DNA of 64,000 bases. Source: Vulcanimicrobiota bacterium. Its GTDB lineage: Bacteria > Vulcanimicrobiota > Vulcanimicrobiia > Vulcanimicrobiales > Vulcanimicrobiaceae. The notes under the pieces are model-generated. The model saw nothing but the letters and a program-made list of their open reading frames with translations, made no database searches and was not told the origin of the DNA. The position numbers and the translations under genes were made by a program. Below, piece after piece: positions 56,785 through 64,000 of the stretch. Position 1 is the stretch's first letter. Each line of letters opens with the position of its first letter. Location of the stretch: assembly GCA_963782265.1 (NCBI GenBank), contig CAWAJD010000009.1, positions 101 through 64,100 on the forward strand, read 5' to 3'.

Positions 56785-57859
56785 GACTCATGCGATCGTC
56801 GTTACGGGCGCCAGTTCCGGCATCGGCCGCGCGCTGGCGCTGGCCGCCGCGCGCGACCGCTTTCGGGTGCTGCTCGTCGCGCGACGTGCCGGCCGCCTTG
56901 AAGAAATCGCGGCCGAGATTCGCGCGAACGGCGGAACGTGCTCGACGCTCGCCGCCGACGTGACCGCTCGCGATGCCCCGCAGCGGATCGTCGCCGCGGC
57001 GATGCAGGCGTTCGGACGAATCGACGTGTTGGTGAACAACGCCGGCGCGGGCGCACTCGGGTATCTGCTCGAGATCGACGACGCCGCAATCGACGCGCAA
57101 TGGCAGCTCCACGTTGCCGCGCCGCTGCGCATCGCTCGCGCCGCACTTCCTCAACTGCGCGAGGCGCACGGACAACTCGTCTTCGTCGGCTCCGGCCTGG
57201 CCCGCGTTCCGATTCCGAACTACGGCGCCTACGCCGCCGCCAAAGCCGCGATCCGCGCCGTCGCAACGCAGCTGCGGCGCGAACTCAAACGCGACGGGAT
57301 CGCCGTCACCTACGTCGACCCAGGCCTCGTCGCAACCGAGTTCCACACCGTGATGGGCACCGAACGCGCAAACGACATCCCGGCCGCCGATCCCGCCAAA
57401 GTCGCCCAAGCCATCATGCGCGGCATCGCCCGCCGCTCCGCCACCGTCTCCGGCGTCCCATGGCAATCTCTCGGCACCGTCATCGGCGAATGGTCCAGCA
57501 CCCTAGCCGACCCCACCCTCATCAAAATGGCCCCCACTGTCATCCTGCGCGTAGCGACCGCAGGGAGCGTAGTCGAAGGACCGCCGCCCGAGCCTCCCAG
57601 CGAAAGGTCGACCTTCGAAGCGGCGCTCGAACCCGTCGCGCGGCGCATGGAACGCGTGAAGCTCACGCCGGAGTTCGTCCGCCAAACCCTCGTTCCGGAT
57701 GCGGACATCGAGTTAAACGAGGTGGCAATGCGTTGGGCGGGAATGCCGAATAAGAACGAGCGGGCGGCGATGCGCGAGGTCTTGGATGCGCTAGCAGCCG
57801 CCGGTTACTTACACCCAACGGGAGATGAAACGTGGAAGGTCCTTCGCGCCGCAGACTAA
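56768..57859 (+). CDS. SDR-family oxidoreductase with a C-terminal extension of about 90 aa. The linker is encoded by repeat copy 4.
   Basis: VVTGASSGIGRA...NNAG...YAAAKAA, then ...APTVILRVATAGSVVEGPPPEPP..., then an unrelated helical domain. Confidence 0.7.
   Translation: MLSTTKTHAIVVTGASSGIGRALALAAARDRFRVLLVARRAGRLEEIAAEIRANGGTCSTLAADVTARDAPQRIVAAAMQAFGRIDVLVNNAGAGALGYLLEIDDAAIDAQWQLHVAAPLRIARAALPQLREAHGQLVFVGSGLARVPIPNYGAYAAAKAAIRAVATQLRRELKRDGIAVTYVDPGLVATEFHTVMGTERANDIPAADPAKVAQAIMRGIARRSATVSGVPWQSLGTVIGEWSSTLADPTLIKMAPTVILRVATAGSVVEGPPPEPPSERSTFEAALEPVARRMERVKLTPEFVRQTLVPDADIELNEVAMRWAGMPNKNERAAMREVLDALAAAGYLHPTGDETWKVLRAAD
57538..57584 (+). repeat. Repeat copy 4, in frame inside the SDR ORF
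   Basis: tgtcatcctgcgcgtagcgaccgcagggagcgtagtcgaaggaccgc shares both ends with copies 1-3. Confidence 0.75.
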
Positions 57860-58698
57860 GCGGCATCCTCGCAACGTGCGCGGCCGTTGCCTCGATCGCC
57901 GCCGTCGCACAAGCTGCGAAAGAGCCGGAGCAGGCCGGCGTCTTCGCGCTCTTTGGCGGCCACCAATCGACCACAGCCGAGTATCGCAGCGATCCCGCCA
58001 ACGGCGGCGGCATCCGCACGCGCGTGCGGCTCTACGAAATGGGCAGCAAAGCGCCGGTCGTCGCGTTCGGTATCTCCAGTGGGCGCTCGATGCAGATGAT
58101 GGTGATCCGGGATGACTTCGCGACCTTTCAACACGTCAATCCGTCGGTCGACGCAACCACCGGAACCTTCCACGAAACGCTGACCAATCTCGACCCGGCG
58201 CATCGCTACTATATGTACGGCGACACGATCCCCGAGAAGGGTACCGAGCAAGTCTTCCGCTTCAACGTACAAGCGGAGCACATCCCCGCGGTGCCGCCCG
58301 CATCCACGCTCGCGGCATCCTCGAAGTCGTTCGCAATCGGCGACTATAACATTCAAGTCGGCGACACGACGATTGCTGCAAACCAGCCTTCGAAACTGCT
58401 GATCGGCGTGCACGAACACGGCAAGATGGCGTGGGATCTCGAGCCCTATATGGGCGGCCCGGGCTACGCGACGATGATCAACACATCGACGCTCGAGTAC
58501 ATCCACCTGAGCTTGTTCCAGCGTGGAAGCTCCAACGAGCAAGCGATCCACGAAGCGGTCAGCGGCACGCCGCAGACGAGCCCATACATCAATGCCGAGC
58601 TCCCCGCACTTCCGAGCGGCACGTACAAACTCTGGGTGCAAGTTCGTGGCCGCGGTGATAAGGTGATGACCGCGCCGTTCACCATCGTCGCGCAGTAG
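57832..58698 (+). CDS. Secreted beta-rich protein with two similar halves (possible Ig-like/metal-binding fold)
   Basis: Signal-like LSGILATCAAVASIAAVAQA. The C-terminus PSGTYKLWVQVRGRGDKVMTAPFTIV resembles the C-terminus of the next ORF. Confidence 0.5.
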   Translation: MEGPSRRRLSGILATCAAVASIAAVAQAAKEPEQAGVFALFGGHQSTTAEYRSDPANGGGIRTRVRLYEMGSKAPVVAFGISSGRSMQMMVIRDDFATFQHVNPSVDATTGTFHETLTNLDPAHRYYMYGDTIPEKGTEQVFRFNVQAEHIPAVPPASTLAASSKSFAIGDYNIQVGDTTIAANQPSKLLIGVHEHGKMAWDLEPYMGGPGYATMINTSTLEYIHLSLFQRGSSNEQAIHEAVSGTPQTSPYINAELPALPSGTYKLWVQVRGRGDKVMTAPFTIVAQ

Positions 58699-58699
58699 C

Positions 58700-59167
58700 A
58701 TGAACCGCTGGGCCAAGAGCGTTTTCCTTATGGGTGCGCTCTTGGCTTGCGTTTCTCACGCGGCAGTTGCCGCCGATCCGCCGAAGACGCAGGTGCAAAA
58801 CGCCGGTCCATACGTGATCACGCTCAACCAATCGAGCATCGATCTCAAGACCGTCGGCGCCGTCACGCTCACGGTACGTAAAGGCGGCAAGCTCGCCACC
58901 GATCTCAAACCCTATGGCGGTTCGTGCGGTCTCGCCGACTTGACCAACACGCAAACCGGACAGACGTATTACACGACGGTCAATCCGGCCGGCACGTCCG
59001 TTTCGACACGAACCGCAACGGATGCGTCGCCGCCGGCGAACTGCGGCGGGGACCTCGAAGTGTCCCCGTCGGCGCAGACTCCGGCCGGCACGTACGCGAT
59101 GAACATTCAACTCGGCGCCCCGGCCGGTCAGATCTACACCACGTCGTTTACGCTCGTAATCCTGTAG
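58700..59167 (+). CDS. Secreted beta-rich protein, single-domain paralog of the previous ORF
   Basis: Signal peptide VFLMGALLACVSHAAVA. C-terminus PAGTYAMNIQLGAPAGQIYTTSFTLV. Confidence 0.5.
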   Translation: MNRWAKSVFLMGALLACVSHAAVAADPPKTQVQNAGPYVITLNQSSIDLKTVGAVTLTVRKGGKLATDLKPYGGSCGLADLTNTQTGQTYYTTVNPAGTSVSTRTATDASPPANCGGDLEVSPSAQTPAGTYAMNIQLGAPAGQIYTTSFTLVIL

Positions 59168-59177
59168 AGCGAAGCCG

Positions 59178-60320
59178 CTACTTCACCGTCGTTACCGGAG
59201 TCGTCCACCAAATCATGTAACGCCATCCGGGGATACTGTTTTGGGCGAAGTAGTTCTCGACGTAGACGTGTAGATACTTAGCGACCTGATAGTTGAAGTC
59301 GATGTTTCCCGTTTGGATTTGATTGCCGAGTCCGTCGTTGGTGAACTCTTTGCGGATCGAGAGCAGCCCCTTGTCCATGATCGGCTGGTAGAGCTCGAGC
59401 GTCGTCGCGGTGCTGGCGGCCTGTCCAAGAGGCATCAGCGATCCATTCGGGAGCGTGTTGTAGCCCGGATTTCCGTCGTGCGCCATTTGGTAGATCACCA
59501 GTATTCCGGGAACGCCTTTGCTCGGATCCCGCTGCACGTACGGTGCGAACGACCAGTACTGATCGGTTCCGCCTTCGGCTAAGGGAGAGGAGCCGCGCGC
59601 CCCGTACACGCCGGCTTCAACGGGTTGCGACTGGTTGGCGTACGCGGCCTTGTACTGGAAGGCTTTATCCGTGTCGTTACCCCAATCGCTCGCCCCGGTC
59701 CATCCCTCGCTGCTGCCCAAGTAGCCGGCCTCGATATCGATGTTGTTCTTGACGTAGTTGAACTTGGTTCCCCAACGATTTGCATCCAACTCGTACGCGT
59801 GTTCTCCGACGACGATTTCCGGCGTGGCGAATCCCGCGAGATCCATCCATTGGCTATACGGTGACGGTCCCGGCGCTTCGAGCAGGCCAACGAAGAGATG
59901 GCCGTCGCGGTGAAGCAGGTTATTGTACGCAACCCAGAACGTGTCCAGATCGCCGGCCTGATTGCCTTGGTAAATCCATTGCTGGAAATGATACGTCACG
60001 TCGTCGCCAATGTAGCCGGTGAGATGAATTTCTACATTCCCGAACTGGGGTCTCGAGCTAGCCAAACTGTCGTAGGTGACCGCTTCGCCGAACCATAGCG
60101 GGAAAGCGCGGCGCAGCACCTTCGGATCGAGTGCGCCGTACCCGGTGCGTTGAACGTAGCGTCCGTACGCGTTGAGCGCCGGCACCTGCGTATGGCAGAC
60201 GCTGCATTTTACGCCGTACGCCTGAGCGAATACCGGCATCGTCTCCGCGCGCTGCGACATCCCCATGGCAAATGCGATCACCACTGCAATCGCAATGAAG
60301 ACCGGAAGCGCGCCTCTCAT
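59178..60320 (-). CDS. Single-CXXCH protein with a predicted beta-barrel body: candidate fused cytochrome-porin
   Basis: N-terminal hydrophobic segment, then YGVKCSVCHTQVPALNAYGRYVQRTGY. The remaining 330 aa or so have no Cys and many alternating strands rich in Y/G/N/D. Confidence 0.5.
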   Translation of the reverse strand: MRGALPVFIAIAVVIAFAMGMSQRAETMPVFAQAYGVKCSVCHTQVPALNAYGRYVQRTGYGALDPKVLRRAFPLWFGEAVTYDSLASSRPQFGNVEIHLTGYIGDDVTYHFQQWIYQGNQAGDLDTFWVAYNNLLHRDGHLFVGLLEAPGPSPYSQWMDLAGFATPEIVVGEHAYELDANRWGTKFNYVKNNIDIEAGYLGSSEGWTGASDWGNDTDKAFQYKAAYANQSQPVEAGVYGARGSSPLAEGGTDQYWSFAPYVQRDPSKGVPGILVIYQMAHDGNPGYNTLPNGSLMPLGQAASTATTLELYQPIMDKGLLSIRKEFTNDGLGNQIQTGNIDFNYQVAKYLHVYVENYFAQNSIPGWRYMIWWTTPVTTVK

Positions 60321-60580
60321 GGCAGCACCATAACGACTGAGAACGCCCCTGCGGCGGCTGCGATCACTAGTGGTCGTATACGGTCGCGCATGGTACGTGG
60401 TTCTCCCAAAAACGAAGCGTGCGCTCAGGCTAGGGCCGCGGCGGGAATCGGCGGAGAAGCGCCCTTCTCAGCTTCTTCTCAATTCGGCCGTTGACTCCCC
60501 GCGCCCCCTTCTCCGGATATTCTTGCCGAATGCCTACGCTTGAGCCCAAGACGCAACCGACGAATTTGGAGGATCTCACG

Positions 60581-60868
60581 ATGACACAACGTTCCAACGG
60601 CATCACGCGTAAAGGCGCGCTCGTGCAACTGCTCGTTCTTCCCGCCCTAGCCGGCGGATTGTTCGTCGGAAGTACCGTTGCCGCTCGGGCCGACAGCCGC
60701 GTCGATCTGAAGTACCAATCGACGCCGAAGGACGGTCAGAAGTGCTCGGACTGCATGCTGTTCGTCCCGGGGAAGACCGCGAAAGATGACGGAACGTGCA
60801 AGGTGATCACCGGCGCAATCAGCCCCAACGGCTGGTGCACAGCGTTCGCGAAGCGCTCTACTACTTAA
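60581..60868 (+). CDS. High-potential iron-sulfur protein (HiPIP)
   Basis: GGAGG lies before ATG, followed by a signal segment. The Cys spacing CSDC-x14-C-x12-C with GWC is as in HiPIPs. Confidence 0.7.
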   Translation: MTQRSNGITRKGALVQLLVLPALAGGLFVGSTVAARADSRVDLKYQSTPKDGQKCSDCMLFVPGKTAKDDGTCKVITGAISPNGWCTAFAKRSTT

Positions 60869-61886
60869 GAGCCGTCACCTGTTGCTCGGTCACGGGACCG
60901 GCGCTATTGCCCCAGGCTGAACGGACGTAGGTCACGACGGCGGCGATGTCCGCGGACGTGAGCTGACCGCTCCAGGAGGGCATCAGGTGGCGACCCTGTT
61001 CGATCGTCGTAATCATGGCGCTGGGATCGGACGCCAGCACGATCTTGTCTCCCGCAAGGGCGGGGATCGTGCGGGTGCCCTGACCGCTCGCCTGATGGCA
61101 TCTCGCGCAGTTTTGCGTGAAAATCGACGCACCGACGGTGGCAAGCACGCCCGGTCCGGCAGCGGCGACCTGTTGCTCGGTTACCCCCGACGCGCCATTG
61201 CCCCAGGCGGAGCGAACGTAGGTAGCGACGGCGGCGATGTCGGCGTTCGAAAGCTGGCCACTCCACGTCGGCATCTTGCCGTTATAGGTTTTGCCGTTTA
61301 CCGTAAGCGGACCGCTGCGGCCGTTGACGATGATTGCGATCATTGCTTTGGGGTCACTCGCGGTCACGACCGGATTGCCTTTCAGCGGCGGTTTTCCCGT
61401 GGTTCCAATGCCGGTCGCGCCGTGACATGTCGCGCACTTCGTTGCGAAGATCTGCGCACCGCTGAGCCCGCTCGGTGCGCTTGCCGCCGCAACTTGATCC
61501 TCGGAAATGATCGGCGCGTTGTTGCCCCACGCCGAGCGGATGTAGCTCAGCACCGACGCGATCTGCGCGTGGGAGAGTTGACCCTTCCACGCCGGCATCA
61601 CGCCCCCGTAGGTTCTTCCACCGACCTGGATCGGGCCGCTGCGGCCGTTGAGCAGCGTATTGATCAGCGCAGCGGTGTCGGCGCCGGTAACGTCCGCGTT
61701 CCCGGCCAGCGGTGGAAACGGGCCGCCGCCAACGCCGGTGGCCTGATGGCACGCCGAGCAGTTGGCTAAGTAGATCGCTTTCCCATCGGGCTGAGCCCCG
61801 GCGATACCCCGATTCGTCGAAAAAATTGCAGAAACGGCGACGAATGCAACGACCAGCAGCAGCGGGAGCGTGGAAGAACGTTTCAT
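60861..61886 (-). CDS. Triheme c-type cytochrome (three class-I cytochrome c domains)
   Basis: A signal peptide is followed by three repeats of about 100 aa. The heme motifs are CSACH, CATCH and CARCH, each with a downstream MP.W (Met ligand) and an IA.V..Y(I/V)RSAWGN motif. Confidence 0.8.
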   Translation of the reverse strand: MKRSSTLPLLLVVAFVAVSAIFSTNRGIAGAQPDGKAIYLANCSACHQATGVGGGPFPPLAGNADVTGADTAALINTLLNGRSGPIQVGGRTYGGVMPAWKGQLSHAQIASVLSYIRSAWGNNAPIISEDQVAAASAPSGLSGAQIFATKCATCHGATGIGTTGKPPLKGNPVVTASDPKAMIAIIVNGRSGPLTVNGKTYNGKMPTWSGQLSNADIAAVATYVRSAWGNGASGVTEQQVAAAGPGVLATVGASIFTQNCARCHQASGQGTRTIPALAGDKIVLASDPSAMITTIEQGRHLMPSWSGQLTSADIAAVVTYVRSAWGNSAGPVTEQQVTALK

Positions 61887-62000
61887 TAAACAGGCCCTCG
61901 ATTGGGCGATACCCTGTTGCGCTGCGTGCCCCCTCCTTCCGTCAGGCCCGTCACCGGTCGGGACGGGTTTAACGGCATCCGAGCGAGGAAAGGTGGAAGC

Positions 62001-62944
62001 GTGGAAGTACGCATTCCCGCCGGCGAGAACGCGGCGACCGTCGAAGCGAACGGCCGCCGAATCGCATTGACTAACCTGAACAAGGTCTATTTCCCGCAAC
62101 TCGGGTTGACGAAGGGCGATCTGCTGCGCTACTACGCTACGATCGCTCCGACGCTCGTGCCCCACGTTGACGAGAAGGCGATCGTGATGAAGCGCTATCC
62201 AACGGCGTAACCGGAGAATACTTCTACATGAAGCGTGCGCCGACGCCGCGCCCCGATTGGGTGCGCACCTGCCCAATCGAGCACGGTTCGGGAAGCGTTA
62301 TCGACTTCGCGCTTGTCGACGACGTGGCATCGCTGCTGTGGCTGATCAACCTCGGCTGCATCGATCTGAATCCATGGTACGCACCGTGCAGCGCTCCCGA
62401 CCGGCCGGAGTACTTGCACTTCGATCTCGATCCGACGCGGGACACGCCGTTTGAAGCGGTCCGCGAGGCCGCTCTCGTCGTCGGCGACGTTCTCCGCGGT
62501 CTCGGCATGACGCCGTTCGTCAAGACCTCCGGCGCCGAAGGAATGCATGTGTACGTCGCCATCCGCAGCGGCCCGTCACAGCGCGAGGTTTGGGAAGTCT
62601 CCAAGGACATCGGCCATGCGATGGCGCGCGCGCATCCGGACTTACTCACCGTCGTGTACCGCGTTGCCGACCGGCCTCCGCGCCGCGTCCTGGTCGACTA
62701 CAACCAAAATGCGTTTGGAAAGACGCTCGCATCCGTCTACTCAGTGCGGCCAAACGAAGCCGCAACCGTTTCGATGCCGGTAACCTGGGACGAAGTACGC
62801 GACGGCTGCGAACCGGGGGACTTCACGCTCCTCAACGTTCCGCAACGCCTGGCCCAGTTTGGCGATCTGTGGAAGCCCTTACTCTTGAAGCGCGGCCGTT
62901 TCGATCTCGCTGCATATCCCCGGCCCGCGCATGCCCGCGTTTGA
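62001..62944 (+). pseudogene. NHEJ polymerase/primase (LigD polymerase domain), one frame break at about 62201
   Basis: RIALTNLNKVYFPQLGLTKGDLLRYYATIAP..., then after the shift YPNGVTGEYFYMKRAP...DLNPW...HFDLDP...FVKTSGAEGMHVY...VLVDYNQNAFGKTLASVYSVRP. Confidence 0.75.
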
Positions 62945-64000
62945 ACGCCTGCCGTTGCGGCCGCCCATCGAGCCGATGGAAGCGCGCACCGCCGCATCGT
63001 TACCCGTCGGCGACGAATGGAACTACGAGCCGAAATGGGACGGGTTCCGATGCATCGCCTTTCGCGATGGAACGGACGTAGAACTCGAATCGAAATCCGG
63101 CCAATCGCTGACGCGATACTTTCCCGAAATCGTAGCGGCGCTGGCTGCCGCACCAACGACTCGTTTCGTCGTCGACGGCGAACTCTTGATCGACGGCGAT
63201 AGCGGCTTCGATTTCGACGCGTTACTGCAGCGCATCCATCCGGCTCCAAGCCGTGTCGCGCGACTCGCTGCAGAAACGCCGGCCACGTACGCGCTCTTCG
63301 ATCTGCTCGTCGGAGACGGTGAAGATCGCACGGCATCGACGCTTCGCGAACGCCGGCGCCGCCTCGAACGCTTCGTCGCCAAACAGTCGTTCCCGTCGTC
63401 GGTCGTCCTCTCGCCCTCAACGCTCGATGTCGAACTCGCGCGCCGATGGCTGGCCGGCGACGTCGCCCGTCTCGACGGCGTGATCGCGAAGCGCGACGTC
63501 GCGTACGATTTCGGCGGCCGCAACGCGGTGGTGAAAGTCAAGCGACGCTATACGGCCGACTGCGTGATCGGCGGCTTTCGCCTATCGCCCGACGGCTCGA
63601 TTGCGTCGCTCCTGCTGGGCCTTTACGAGGACGGTGTGCTGCACCACGTTGGCTTCGTCGGCAGCATGGACGCTAAGCAGCGGGCGCGGGCCGGTGCGCT
63701 TTTACAGACGATCGTCGAGCCGCCCGGGTTCACCGGGAACGCTCCGGGGGGCGCGAGCCGGTGGCGAAAAGGCGAGGCGAGCGAATGGTTTCCGGTGCGT
63801 CCGATCGTCGTCGCCGAAGTTGCCTTCGATCACGTCACCGGCCGTCGATTCCGGCATGGCGCAAAGCTCCTGCGATGGCGGCCCGACAAGGATCCGGCCA
63901 CGTGTACGATGGAGCAGCTGCTCAGCCGTCTTAACGCGCTTTATCGGTCGCGTCGATCGTTCCACGCGTCGACGTCGCGGAACTTTCTTGCACGCGACTG
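62931..64000 (+). CDS. ATP-dependent DNA ligase (LigD/LigC-type), 3' end beyond the window
   Basis: My own translation gives motif I as YEPKWDGFR, then ...VVDGELL..., LFDLL, VIAKR, VKVKRR and motif VI LRWRPDKDP. I found no stop before 64000. The ORF is not in the supplied track because it is open-ended. Confidence 0.8.
   Translation, partial: MPAFERLPLRPPIEPMEARTAASLPVGDEWNYEPKWDGFRCIAFRDGTDVELESKSGQSLTRYFPEIVAALAAAPTTRFVVDGELLIDGDSGFDFDALLQRIHPAPSRVARLAAETPATYALFDLLVGDGEDRTASTLRERRRRLERFVAKQSFPSSVVLSPSTLDVELARRWLAGDVARLDGVIAKRDVAYDFGGRNAVVKVKRRYTADCVIGGFRLSPDGSIASLLLGLYEDGVLHHVGFVGSMDAKQRARAGALLQTIVEPPGFTGNAPGGASRWRKGEASEWFPVRPIVVAEVAFDHVTGRRFRHGAKLLRWRPDKDPATCTMEQLLSRLNALYRSRRSFHASTSRNFLARD

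Noticed and set aside
60491-60523. TTGACT ... TATTCT as the promoter for the HiPIP gene
   Set aside because: The spacer is 21 nt, too long for a sigma-70 promoter. The alternative -10 (GGATAT, at 18-nt spacing) is poor.
1-64000. rRNA, tRNA, tmRNA, CRISPR arrays, transposases, integrases and prophage genes
   Set aside because: Visual scanning of intergenic regions (all 260 nt or shorter) and of ORF translations showed no cloverleaf-like or repeat-spacer structures and no recombinase motifs. A covariance-model or HMM scan would be needed to be definitive.

Overview
GC-rich bacterial chromosomal segment with about 70 protein genes on both strands. I found no rRNA, tRNA, CRISPR array, transposase or integrase by eye.

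Gene content:
- Housekeeping genes make up most of the window: nrdR-dut-panE-hemQ, dprA-rlmH-argS, pyrK-pyrD-pyrF-pyrE and purE-purK.
- A leucine-catabolism (liu/mcc) set is scattered over 15 kb: mccB, liuC, mccA, hmgL.
- An envelope-stress-like locus combines an ECF sigma/anti-sigma pair and an OmpR/HisKA two-component system, flanked by two DUF4097 proteins.
- Other units are a PadR-MBL-GNAT-serine hydrolase operon, a DUF1800/DUF1501 pair, an MsrP/cytochrome b pair, and split NHEJ genes (LigD-type polymerase plus ATP-dependent ligase, which runs off the 3' end).

Most interesting candidates:
1. 57.8-61.9 kb holds a redox cluster. It comprises a single-CXXCH protein that otherwise looks like a beta-barrel (a Cyc2/Cyt572-like fused cytochrome-porin candidate), a HiPIP, a triheme cytochrome c and two paralogous secreted beta-rich proteins.
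2. 33.2-36.3 kb encodes a roughly 1015-aa GAF-like/GGDEF/STAND(NB-ARC-type P-loop)/TPR-like protein.
3. A small GIY-YIG gene is bracketed by about 51-bp inverted repeats. Solo copies of the same repeat occur elsewhere, one of them in frame inside an SDR gene.

Caveats:
- Many genes are frame-disrupted: argS, mccB, DUF1501, the GGDEF-STAND gene, LigD-pol, and seven consecutive genes at 46.6-52.6 kb.
- Several breaks sit at A/T homopolymers, which suggests assembly indels. The 46.6-52.6 kb block also carries two in-frame stop codons, which suggests real decay.
- Start/stop overlaps of the NTGA type are pervasive. Two genes (nrdR and the MBL hydrolase) appear to need CTG initiation.
- All family assignments come from motif recognition by eye, not from database searches.
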